DNA of 64,000 nt from positions 9,000 through 72,999 of IMG/VR virus record IMGVR_UViG_3300023184_000093, one strand, 5' to 3'. The notes under the pieces are model-generated. The model searched no databases, was not told where the DNA came from, and was given only the letters and a program-made list of their open reading frames with translations. Of the stretch, positions 1 to 9,800 are shown in pieces. The translations under genes and the position numbers were made by a program. How positions within the stretch are numbered: position 1 is the stretch's first letter; every line of letters starts with the position of its first letter. The stretch comes from a virus.

Positions 1-3000
1 AGTTTTGGTAATATTAATCATAGAACCTGGATTGACTATGTTGCCTTAGAAAAGAGTAGTCAAGGTGGGCAGGGTCCTAGAGGTGCTACTGGAGCAACTG
101 GTGCTCAGGGAGTGTTAGGATCACAAGGTATTCAAGGAACTTTTGGTACACAAGGTGTTCAAGGTACACAGGGTGTTCAGGGTCTAACCGGACAGCAAGG
201 CGTACAAGGAGTTCAAGGTACACAAGGTGTTCAAGGTACACAAGGTGTTCAAGGTCTAACCGGACAACAAGGTGTTCAGGGTGTATTAGGACAACAAGGT
301 GTTCAAGGTACACAAGGTGTTCAAGGTCTAACCGGACAGCAAGGCGTACAAGGCGTTTTAGGTCAACAAGGTACACAGGGTGTATTAGGAGAACAAGGTA
401 CACAGGGTGTATTAGGAGAACAAGGTGTTCAAGGTACACAGGGTGTTCAAGGTACACAGGGTGTATTAGGAGAACAAGGTACACAGGGTGTATTAGGAGA
501 ACAAGGTGTTCAAGGTACACAGGGTGTATTAGGACAACAAGGAGTTCAAGGTGTATTAGGACAACAAGGAGTTCAAGGTGTATTAGGACAACAAGGTACA
601 CAGGGTGTATTAGGACAACAAGGAGTTCAAGGTGTATTAGGACAACAAGGAGTTCAAGGTGTATTAGGACAACAAGGTACACAGGGTGTATTAGGAGAAC
701 AAGGAGTTCAAGGTGTATTAGGACAACAAGGTACACAGGGTGTATTAGGAGAACAAGGTACACAGGGTGTATTAGGAGAACAAGGTGTTCAAGGTACACA
801 GGGTGTTCAAGGTGTTACTGGTAGCTTTACTGGAACAACCGCATTAGTAGTTAATATTACAAATACTAGTTCTAGCACATCAACTACTACCGGTGCATTA
901 GTTGTAGAAGGTGGTGCTGGCATTGGTGGTAATTTAAATGTTGGTGGCAATTTATATGTAATAGGTGTTCTTACCGCAAGTAATTTTGTTGGTACATTTA
1001 CAGGTTCTGTAAGCGGAACTGCCGATGCCGCAATTTATATCACCGGTGGTGGTCCAGGACAATTATTATTTCAAACTGCTACCAATTCTACAAAATTTGT
1101 TAGCACAGGTACTACTGGTGATATTTTAGTAAGTTACGGAACAAGTTCTCCTACATTCCAAAATACATTAACATTAGCCGGATCTGCACAATCGTCATCA
1201 ACAAATACAGGTGCATTACAAGTAGTAGGTGGAGCAGGTATCGGTGGTAATTTATATATTGGTGGTAATTTATATTCAGGCGATCAGCGTATTGTCGCTA
1301 CTACAATAACAGCAGGTACTGATACAGCAATTAGTAGTAGTACTGGTGCTATTACAATTTGGAATACTAGTACATTACAAACAATTACTAATAGAGGAAA
1401 TTCTACTACTAATGCGATATTAATTACTAATACCACAAATACAACATCTACCAATACTGGTGCATTAACTGTTGGTGGTAGTGTTGGTGTTGGCGGTAAT
1501 TTAAATGTTGCAAACAAATTAAAAATTGGTGCAAATTTAAATGAGACTTTATTACCTAATGTACCTCTACAGGTCACTGGTAATGTAAATGATTATTTAC
1601 AAGTCAATATACAAAATCTTAACTCAAGCACTTTTGCTAGTACAGATCTAGTATTAACTTCTAATAAAGGCACCAATAGTAATTATTATGTAAATCTTGG
1701 TATTAATAGCGAAAATTATGCAACACCAGATTTTGGAATAACAAATTCCAACGATGGCTACCTTATTAATAAAGGTGGAAATTTAGTTATCGCTACAGCC
1801 AATACTGGAAAAACTATTGAATTCTGGACAGATGGTACTGTATTGCCTGGATCAACTCCTGATTTTGGAGCCACTACTGGTACACATATAATGAGTATGG
1901 GTACTGAAGGTGTTAAGATTTATAATACCACTTCATCTATAAGTTCTACAACTGGAGCACTACAAGTATTAGGTGGAGTCGGAATTCAAGGCGATCTACA
2001 TGTCGGCGGCCAAATTACTATTTTTGGAACAATACTTATAAATGGTTCAGAACAAGGATTAGGATGGACGGGTAGTGTAGGTTATACTGGTAGTAGAGCA
2101 TATACAGGTAGTCAAGGTTATACAGGTAGTGCAGGTGATACAGGCCCTCAAGGAAATCGAGGTTATACAGGTTCAACAGGTACACAAGGACAAATAGGCT
2201 ATACAGGTAGTCTAGGTAATCAAGGACCTCAGGGTCAACAAGGTATACAAGGTAATCAAGGTGATATTGGATTTACCGGTAGCCGTAGTACAGAAACTGG
2301 ATATACAGGTAGTTTGGGATACTCAGGTAGTCAAGGCCCAGCAGGTACCAGTGTTGTAATTAAAGGTAGTACATCAACATATACATCTTTACCGGGATAT
2401 CAAACACCACCAACACCAATGACTTATGCAGGAACTGCTGGTGACGGATATATAACACAAGATAATGGTTATTTAAATGTTTGGGATGGCAGTTTATGGA
2501 TTCCGGTTGGACAGTTTGTTGGCTATGCTGGTAGTTTTGGATATACTGGTAGTGCTGGATATACTGGTAGTCAGGGGTATACTGGTAGTCAAGGGTATAC
2601 TGGTAGTCAAGGTTATACAGGTAGTGCTGGATATGTTGGTAGTGCTAGTACTGCTACTGGTTATACAGGTAGTATTGGATATACTGGTAGTCGAGGCGAC
2701 AAAGGCGAAAGCTCTTATACATATTCTGCATTTCCACCAGCAGATCCAGTAGTAGGCGATCGTTGGTTTAATACTACCTATGGTATTGAACTTGTATATA
2801 CACAAGACGCTGATAGTTATCAATGGATAGAAATATCTGCTAGTGGATATGTTGGACAATTTGGTTTTACTGGTAGTCAAGGTAGCACAGGTACCAGCGT
2901 TATCATTAAAGGAACTACTTCAACATATACTTTATTGCCAGGTTATCCAAGTAGCTATACAGGTTTATTTAATGACACATATGTTGCCACCGATTCAGGA

Positions 3001-4635
3001 CATATGTGGGTATGGAATGGTACAACATGGTTAGATGTTGGAAATATTATTGGATATACAGGAAGCCAAGGTGTACAAGGTCCAGAAGGTCCAGTCGGCG
3101 ATACAGGTGTACAAGGTAATAAAGGATATACAGGTAGTCAAGGTATAAAAGGTGATACTGGTAATACAGGGTATTGGGGTAGTAGAGGGTATACAGGTAG
3201 TGAAGGTATAAAAAGTGGATTACGATTCTATTTTGATGCAACCTCAAGTAATCCAGGTACAACACTAAATGGTAGTATACGATATAACAATACCGTTACT
3301 ACATCAACAACTGAGTTATATATTAGTACCACTGATGTAACTGGATCAAATATTTCTAATTGGTTGGCACAGTTTATACCTACAAGTAATTCTGGTTCAC
3401 CTAAAGGTCAATTAACAATTAATTATGGATTGAGCATTAGTACATTTACTAATGTATTCAATGTACTAACTGCAACAAATAATACCACATATTATACAGT
3501 AAGTGTTGGATATGTTATTGGAGATAATACCACAGTTGGATCACTTTATAATTTAGATCCATTAAGTGTAAATTACATAAGAACAGGTGATCTTGGATAT
3601 ACAGGTAGTACTGGAACTGCTGCTCAAGTTCAACTTGGAACAGTTACTTATAGTGCTACTACAGCCACGGTTACTAATGCCGGTAATAATCAATTTGCTA
3701 TATTTAATTTTGTACTACAAAGTGGTTATACTGGTAGTGCTGGAACTGGAACTGGTTACACAGGTAGTTTAGGTAATTTTAGCAGTGCAGTACAACAATT
3801 TAATACACAAACGTCAAACTATACTTTAGCATTAACTGATGCAGGTGCATTAATAAAATTAAACAGTACTAGCCCTATTGTACTAACAGTTCCGGCAGAA
3901 AGTTTAGTTAATTTCCCAATTGGAAGTAGATTAGATTTAGAACAACTGGGTACCGGTGGAGTTACTGTAGTTGGTGATTCTGGCGTTACCGTGATATCTA
4001 CAGATTACCCAATATTAAATTTACAATATAGTCTAGCTTCGCTGGTTAAAACTGATTCAAATGAATGGTTATTTGTTGCACCAACAGGCGGCTTGGGATA
4101 TTCTGGTAGTGTTGGATATACAGGTAGTTTTGGATACACAGGTAGTTTTGGATACACAGGTAGTATTGGTGGATTTAATGCTGTACAAACATTAAACATA
4201 CAAACTGGTACTACATACACAATTGCAGCAGCCGATGCTGGATATTTAATAGAAATAAACAATGCCGTTGGTGGTACAGTCATTGTTCCGCGTGATGTTG
4301 ATGTTGCGTTTGCTATTGGGCAACGTGTAGATATTTCTCAAATTGGAGCAGGCCCTGTGACAATTGTACCATATTCTGGTGCTGTTACCCTTCGTTATAC
4401 TGATTATCCTATATTAAATCTTCCATATAGCATAGGAACATTAATAAAACTAGCTGCTAATGAATGGTCATGGATTGGTCCTGCTACTAGTGCCGTGGGA
4501 TATAATGGTTCTGCTGGCCCAATGGGACCATCTGGTAATAACGGATTTGTTGGTAGTCGAGGTGATGTTGGTGCATCAGGTGTAAGTTCTTATTTCTCAG
4601 TCATAACCGGAGCGGCCGGGTGGTACTGGCAATAA
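1..4635 (+). CDS. Collagen-like (G-X-Y / GYTGS repeat) tail or head fibre protein, 5'-truncated by the window edge
   Basis: The frame is open from base 1, so the track start at 112 is not the true start. It has a long QGVQGT collagen repeat, GYTGS repeats, 'TGALVVxGGxGIGGNLxVGG' fibre repeats and duplicated C-terminal modules. Confidence 0.85.
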   Translation, partial: SFGNINHRTWIDYVALEKSSQGGQGPRGATGATGAQGVLGSQGIQGTFGTQGVQGTQGVQGLTGQQGVQGVQGTQGVQGTQGVQGLTGQQGVQGVLGQQGVQGTQGVQGLTGQQGVQGVLGQQGTQGVLGEQGTQGVLGEQGVQGTQGVQGTQGVLGEQGTQGVLGEQGVQGTQGVLGQQGVQGVLGQQGVQGVLGQQGTQGVLGQQGVQGVLGQQGVQGVLGQQGTQGVLGEQGVQGVLGQQGTQGVLGEQGTQGVLGEQGVQGTQGVQGVTGSFTGTTALVVNITNTSSSTSTTTGALVVEGGAGIGGNLNVGGNLYVIGVLTASNFVGTFTGSVSGTADAAIYITGGGPGQLLFQTATNSTKFVSTGTTGDILVSYGTSSPTFQNTLTLAGSAQSSSTNTGALQVVGGAGIGGNLYIGGNLYSGDQRIVATTITAGTDTAISSSTGAITIWNTSTLQTITNRGNSTTNAILITNTTNTTSTNTGALTVGGSVGVGGNLNVANKLKIGANLNETLLPNVPLQVTGNVNDYLQVNIQNLNSSTFASTDLVLTSNKGTNSNYYVNLGINSENYATPDFGITNSNDGYLINKGGNLVIATANTGKTIEFWTDGTVLPGSTPDFGATTGTHIMSMGTEGVKIYNTTSSISSTTGALQVLGGVGIQGDLHVGGQITIFGTILINGSEQGLGWTGSVGYTGSRAYTGSQGYTGSAGDTGPQGNRGYTGSTGTQGQIGYTGSLGNQGPQGQQGIQGNQGDIGFTGSRSTETGYTGSLGYSGSQGPAGTSVVIKGSTSTYTSLPGYQTPPTPMTYAGTAGDGYITQDNGYLNVWDGSLWIPVGQFVGYAGSFGYTGSAGYTGSQGYTGSQGYTGSQGYTGSAGYVGSASTATGYTGSIGYTGSRGDKGESSYTYSAFPPADPVVGDRWFNTTYGIELVYTQDADSYQWIEISASGYVGQFGFTGSQGSTGTSVIIKGTTSTYTLLPGYPSSYTGLFNDTYVATDSGHMWVWNGTTWLDVGNIIGYTGSQGVQGPEGPVGDTGVQGNKGYTGSQGIKGDTGNTGYWGSRGYTGSEGIKSGLRFYFDATSSNPGTTLNGSIRYNNTVTTSTTELYISTTDVTGSNISNWLAQFIPTSNSGSPKGQLTINYGLSISTFTNVFNVLTATNNTTYYTVSVGYVIGDNTTVGSLYNLDPLSVNYIRTGDLGYTGSTGTAAQVQLGTVTYSATTATVTNAGNNQFAIFNFVLQSGYTGSAGTGTGYTGSLGNFSSAVQQFNTQTSNYTLALTDAGALIKLNSTSPIVLTVPAESLVNFPIGSRLDLEQLGTGGVTVVGDSGVTVISTDYPILNLQYSLASLVKTDSNEWLFVAPTGGLGYSGSVGYTGSFGYTGSFGYTGSIGGFNAVQTLNIQTGTTYTIAAADAGYLIEINNAVGGTVIVPRDVDVAFAIGQRVDISQIGAGPVTIVPYSGAVTLRYTDYPILNLPYSIGTLIKLAANEWSWIGPATSAVGYNGSAGPMGPSGNNGFVGSRGDVGASGVSSYFSVITGAAGWYWQ
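112..815 (+). repeat. Coding tandem array of 9-bp units (CAAGGTACA / CAGGGTGTA / TTAGGAGAA / CAAGGTGTT) encoding collagen triplets
   Basis: Directly visible in the DNA. Confidence 0.95.
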
Positions 4636-4666
4636 ATACGTATAATTAATTTAAGGAATATTAAAA

Positions 4667-5437
4667 ATGGCTGGAAATTCATCCCCAATTTTTTCAAGAG
4701 TAGGAGATATACAGGGCGGTGTATTGATCGTTAACTCATCTACTAACTCTGCTATTGCAGACTTTGCAGGTACAGGAACTTTTGTTGTTCCAGTTTTTAC
4801 AGCAGATCTTACCAACGGCGGATTTATACAAAGAATAAGATTTAAAGCAAGAGCAGACGGTGCTAACGTTGCTACTGTTGCTCGTATATGGATTAATGAA
4901 GGCACATTGAATCTCTCATCACCATTAATTGCTCCAACAACACTTACCGGAACTCCTTCTGCAACCGGTGGTACATTAACAACTGGTACGTTTTATGCCA
5001 AAGTACAGGCAATCGATCAATGGGGTGGATTAGGACCAATATCAGCTGAATCATCTGCGGTTAACGTATTAGCACCTGCAGGAACTGGATCAATTAGTTG
5101 GAACTGGACTCAGGTAACTGGTGCAGTTAGTTATCGTTTATATACTGGCCCAGTTGCCGGCGGCGAATATGTTTATTTTGCTTCAACAGTTAGTACATTT
5201 ACACAAACAGTTCCTATTATTTCATCGCAATTGGCCAATCCTGGTGACTATGTTGTTAATAATATGTTCTACGGTGAATTATCATTACCTGCAACTGCTG
5301 TTGCTCAAACAGCCGCTACAGTTGAACTTGATTATCCAATGAACTTGGCATTACCTCCAGGGTATAGAGTTATGGTAGGATTTGGTGGAGCGGTGGCCAC
5401 AGGTTGGTATGTAACAGGTATAGGCGGAAAGTATTAA
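4667..5437 (+). CDS. Putative virion structural protein with an internal FN3-like segment
   Basis: 256-aa ORF with an AAGGA RBS and upstream TAAATA. The segment 'APTTLTGT...YAKVQAIDQWG...WNWTQVTGAVSYRLY' resembles FN3 strands. Confidence 0.6.
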   Translation: MAGNSSPIFSRVGDIQGGVLIVNSSTNSAIADFAGTGTFVVPVFTADLTNGGFIQRIRFKARADGANVATVARIWINEGTLNLSSPLIAPTTLTGTPSATGGTLTTGTFYAKVQAIDQWGGLGPISAESSAVNVLAPAGTGSISWNWTQVTGAVSYRLYTGPVAGGEYVYFASTVSTFTQTVPIISSQLANPGDYVVNNMFYGELSLPATAVAQTAATVELDYPMNLALPPGYRVMVGFGGAVATGWYVTGIGGKY

Positions 5438-5440
5438 TCT

Positions 5441-6415
5441 ATGTTAGATATAAGTCATCTTGCCGGTAATCCTAAGTATGATGTACAGGTATTTTATGCA
5501 AACTCTCCTGTGGCAGGTGCAAACTGGGCTACTTGGGTTAAACCACGTGGCATTAACTTTGTACAATTTTTTGTATTATCAGGAGGATGTGGCGGAGGCA
5601 GTGGTACAGTAGGTGCGGCAAGTACAGCAGGCGGTGGTGCTGGTGGTCCTTCTGGATCGCAGGCCATTGTTACTTTTCCAGCGTGGGCAATACCAGATAT
5701 ATTATACATCTCAGTGGGCAATGGTGGACTTGGTGGTGCAGCAGTTAATACAAACCCAGGCTTAGTTGGGGTAGCAGGTGTTGCTAGTCATGTTGCTATA
5801 TATCCTGATACTGCTTTAACTGCACAAAATTTATTAATTAAAGTTAATGCCGGTGTGGTTGGTGCCGCCGCAGCTCTTGCTGTAGGTGGCACGGTTGGTA
5901 CTGCTGCTGCTATTACTCTAGTTTCCGCATCACCTTTAGCTGCTCTAGGAACATTTTATTCATCGGCTGTTCTTAGTCTTAACATTGCTGGGCTAACTGG
6001 TACCGCAGGTGGTGCTGCTATTGCTGCTGCTGCTTTTTCATTAGGTACAACTGGTTTAATAGTTACACCCGGAACTGGTGGTGCTGGTCTTGGAGCAGCA
6101 GCTTCTGTTGGTCTTACCGGCGGCAATATTACCGGTGCTGGTATATTTCCTACATTACCGGGTGGTCTTGCTGGTGGCACAACAACTGCATCTGGTGGTG
6201 CTGGTTCTAATGGTATTCAACCGATACGTGGACTATGGTTCTTTTATGGTGGAACCGGTGGTGCCAGTTCTGGTGGTGCTGGTGGTAGTGGTGGCAGAGG
6301 CGGTGACGGTGCTTATGGCAGCGGCGGTGGCGGCGGCGGTGGTGCATTCACTGGTAATTTTAGTGGAGCAGGCGGCAAGGGCGGCGACGGTATAGTAGTT
6401 GCCACCAGCTGGTAA
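5441..6415 (+). CDS. Glycine-rich virion protein
   Basis: 'WVKPRG..FFVLSGGCGGG' start and 'GGKGGDGIVVATSW' end are typical of phage Gly-rich domains. Confidence 0.7.
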   Translation: MLDISHLAGNPKYDVQVFYANSPVAGANWATWVKPRGINFVQFFVLSGGCGGGSGTVGAASTAGGGAGGPSGSQAIVTFPAWAIPDILYISVGNGGLGGAAVNTNPGLVGVAGVASHVAIYPDTALTAQNLLIKVNAGVVGAAAALAVGGTVGTAAAITLVSASPLAALGTFYSSAVLSLNIAGLTGTAGGAAIAAAAFSLGTTGLIVTPGTGGAGLGAAASVGLTGGNITGAGIFPTLPGGLAGGTTTASGGAGSNGIQPIRGLWFFYGGTGGASSGGAGGSGGRGGDGAYGSGGGGGGGAFTGNFSGAGGKGGDGIVVATSW

Positions 6416-6485
6416 TTTTCAAAAATATTAATCATACTAAAATCTAGATTAATAAATATCAAATAATACACGCACGAGGTAAAAA

Positions 6486-6878
6486 ATGGGACATTTTGCA
6501 AAAGTAGATAACGGCATAGTAACACAGGTTATTGTAGCCGAACAAGACGTAATTAATACAGGTATGTTTGGTGATCCTAATTCTTGGATACAAACTAGCT
6601 ACAATACATTTGCTGGCAAGCATACATCAGGTGGAACACCACTAAGAAAAAATTATGCAGGAATTGGTTATGTATATGATTTAGAAAGAGATGCTTTCTA
6701 CGTTCAACAACCTTATCCAAGTTGGATTTTAAATGAAGATACTTGTGTATGGGAATCTCCTGTACCTATGCCTGATATAGTTGAAGGATTTAGTTATACA
6801 TGGGATGAAGCAACTGTATCATGGATATCTATTCCAATTCCTCAACCTTCTGAAGAACCTACTTTACCAGCTGAATAA
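6486..6878 (+). CDS. Conserved phage protein often found beside Gly-rich fibre genes (possible fibre chaperone)
   Basis: GAGG RBS; motifs 'MGHFAKV..WIQTSYNT..LRKNYAGIGYVYD..RDAF..PYPSWILNEDTCVWESP'. Confidence 0.65.
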   Translation: MGHFAKVDNGIVTQVIVAEQDVINTGMFGDPNSWIQTSYNTFAGKHTSGGTPLRKNYAGIGYVYDLERDAFYVQQPYPSWILNEDTCVWESPVPMPDIVEGFSYTWDEATVSWISIPIPQPSEEPTLPAE

Positions 6879-6881
6879 GAA

Positions 6882-9800
6882 ATGACCTTAGATTTAGGTA
6901 TAATTCGTCGACAACGTTATTTTTCAACATCGACAGCAACACCCCTAACTACTAGTACCTATGCCCAAGGCGGAAATATAACGTCATATATCTATAATGG
7001 TACAACTTATATTGCCCATATTTTTACAGTATCTGGTATATTTACAGTTACATCTGCAATATATCCTTTGGACATTTTAGCAGTAGCTGGTGGAGGGGGT
7101 GGTGCTAGTTCTGGAGTAAGTGCTGGTACTGGTGCAGGCGGCGGGGGTGCAGGCGGTGTTGCCACAACTGGAGTAGTTAATAACATCAATAGAATATATC
7201 CTAGCAGTTCATACATAGCAGTAACTACATCAACAATAGCTAATGCTGTAGGTGGTTGGGTTCCTAGTGTGTTTTCGGACTTTGTTGGAGGTACTGGAGG
7301 ATTTCACTTTACTTGGAGTGCTGTTCAACAAACGGGTGGTGGTGCAAGAACTATTCCTATACCTGAACAAGGCGGTGATAATAACACTGTTTTTCAAAGG
7401 TATTATTTAGAATTAGCTATAACTGGTATTGGACCTGCTGATGTTGCTATTGGATTGATTAGAGATGGTGCTGTTAAGGACGGATATGCTAACATACCAT
7501 ATGTAAACTTAAATGGTGGCACAGTTAATAACTGGACAGGTGTAGGAACTGCATTAGGAACATTTGTGCCCGGTGACACCCTTCAAATTGCATGGAGTGC
7601 TGCTGATCAACTTACTAGTTATCTAACATATTGGTGGGTGGGTAAAAATGGAACTTGGGCCAATGCTACACCTTGGGATGCGGCTAACGCTGGATACACT
7701 ACAGGAACATATCAAACAAGTGCTTTGAGATTAATTGTTATGAGTGCTGCTTCAGGTGGCGGTGCTGTCAGAGGTAGATTTAGATCAGGTAGCGAAAACT
7801 TATATACCTCCCAAGCTATTAGTGCTGGTAATTATGGTACTACTATTACTAATCACTCTGCATATTATACAAGTTCGTTAGGATCAGGATATTTTTCAAC
7901 AGGTACAACGTTTGGTGTTACAATAGGTGCTGGTGGAGTAAAAGGAGGAGGCCTCGTAGAAAATAATTTTGGAGCCAATGGCGGTGATACCGTAATTTAT
8001 AATGCAACTAATCCTTCATTTTTTTACTCTGCGTATTTTGCCAATAGTTATATAACAGTTACTAATCCTGTATTTGCGTTTGGCACCGACAATTTTACCA
8101 TAGAAACTTGGATATATCCAACTGCATCTTATGGACAAAGTGGTGGAAATTATGTTCATCCTATATTTAATTCTAGAAGTTTTTCAGGTACAGATGTTGC
8201 AAATGCTGGATTTATTGTTTATTTAGATTCCAATAATAAAGTTGGTGTATATACTAATGGGACTACTTATCTCACCACTGTTAATATTGTTGCAAATGCT
8301 GCGTGGAGTCATATAGCCGTTACAAGAAATAGTAACATAATCAATGTTTATATAAATGGTGTAAAAGATGCTAGTAGTTTTACAGCTAGTGCTACACAAA
8401 ATTTTACCAACAATCTCGTAATGATAGGATATGGTAATAATCAAACAAACATAGCTATTCCTCAATATCTACAAGGTTACCTTAGCAATTATCGTATAGT
8501 AAGAGGATTATCGGTATATACAAATAGTTTTACTCCACCTACAACTATTAGTTCAGCAACACAGTCTGCTGGTACAAATATCAATGCTATAACTACTCAA
8601 ACAGTATTACTAGCATTTAACACAGCTACTATTGGAGATATTTCCACACTTACTAATGTATTAACTCAAACATCCGGCACCATAACTGTGTCAACCTTTG
8701 CACCATTTACCACATCGTCGGTGTTAATCAGAGCATTTGGTGGTGGTGGTGGTGGTGGTGGTACAGCTCCTGGATTTTATGGAAATGGACAAAATGGTGG
8801 AAGTGGCGGTGGTGCTCCTGGCTCCGGTGGTAGTAATGCATACATGATCGGCGGTGCAGGGTTTCCGGGACAAGGAAACCGTGGAGGTCATGGCGGCAAT
8901 GCTCTAGGATGTGGTGGCGGCGGCTATGCATATATAGGTGGGCCAGCTTTAAATGGACTGCCAGGTGGATGGTCACCTGGCTTTAACGCCGCAGGCTACG
9001 GCGGCGCTGGCGGGTATTTTAATCATTCAGGTGTCGTGACAGCCTATGCTGGTGGGGGTGGTGGTGGGGCATGGAGTAGTAGTGGATATAATCCCGGTCT
9101 AGGTGGCATCGGTGGTGGTGGCAATGGAGCATATGTTGGAGCAGCACAAATTAATGCTACAGCGGGTACTGTTAATTCTGGTGGCGGTGGTGGTGGTGGC
9201 AATTATTTAGCTACAAATTCTGCTGCCGCAGGTGGTAGTGGCATTGTTATATTTAGATACCCTACAAATATTCCTGATCCAGATCGTATTACACGACTTG
9301 GAATAACTGATCCGTATTTAAAAAATACAATATTATTATTGTCAGGACAAATTTCTAACACAGCTACAAATAATAGTATTATAGATAGTAGTAACAATTT
9401 TGCATCTTTTATTGTTTCAGCAACTAACACTATTTCACAAGGTGCATTTAGTCCATATGGATCACAATGGAGTACTTCTTTTAATGGTGTTACAGATTAT
9501 ATATCATTTGTGTCAACAGTTACCACAGGTACAGCGTTTCAACAAAACGTGTTCTGGGGAGCAAATAAGAGTTTTACCATTGAGGCGTGGTTAAATCCAA
9601 ATGGACCTCAATTATCTAATACAGCCACTATTATTTTAGGTGATGCATCTCCTACAGGGTTAGGATTAGCATGGGGAGTAGGTTTAGATTCTTCTAATAA
9701 ACCAATGATGTATTGGAAAGATCCAGCTAATACTGGTAACTTTTTAACCGCAACAAATATTTTATCAACCGGTACCTGGACACATGTTTCTTGGATATCC

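Noticed and set aside
86-799. 237-aa minus-strand ORF, and the many other short antisense or off-frame ORFs inside the fibre genes
   Set aside because: They are shadow ORFs of repetitive, low-complexity coding sequence, with no RBS or independent signature.
112-815. Possible CRISPR or guide array
   Set aside because: The units are 9-bp codon triplets with no unique spacers, and lie in frame in a collagen ORF.
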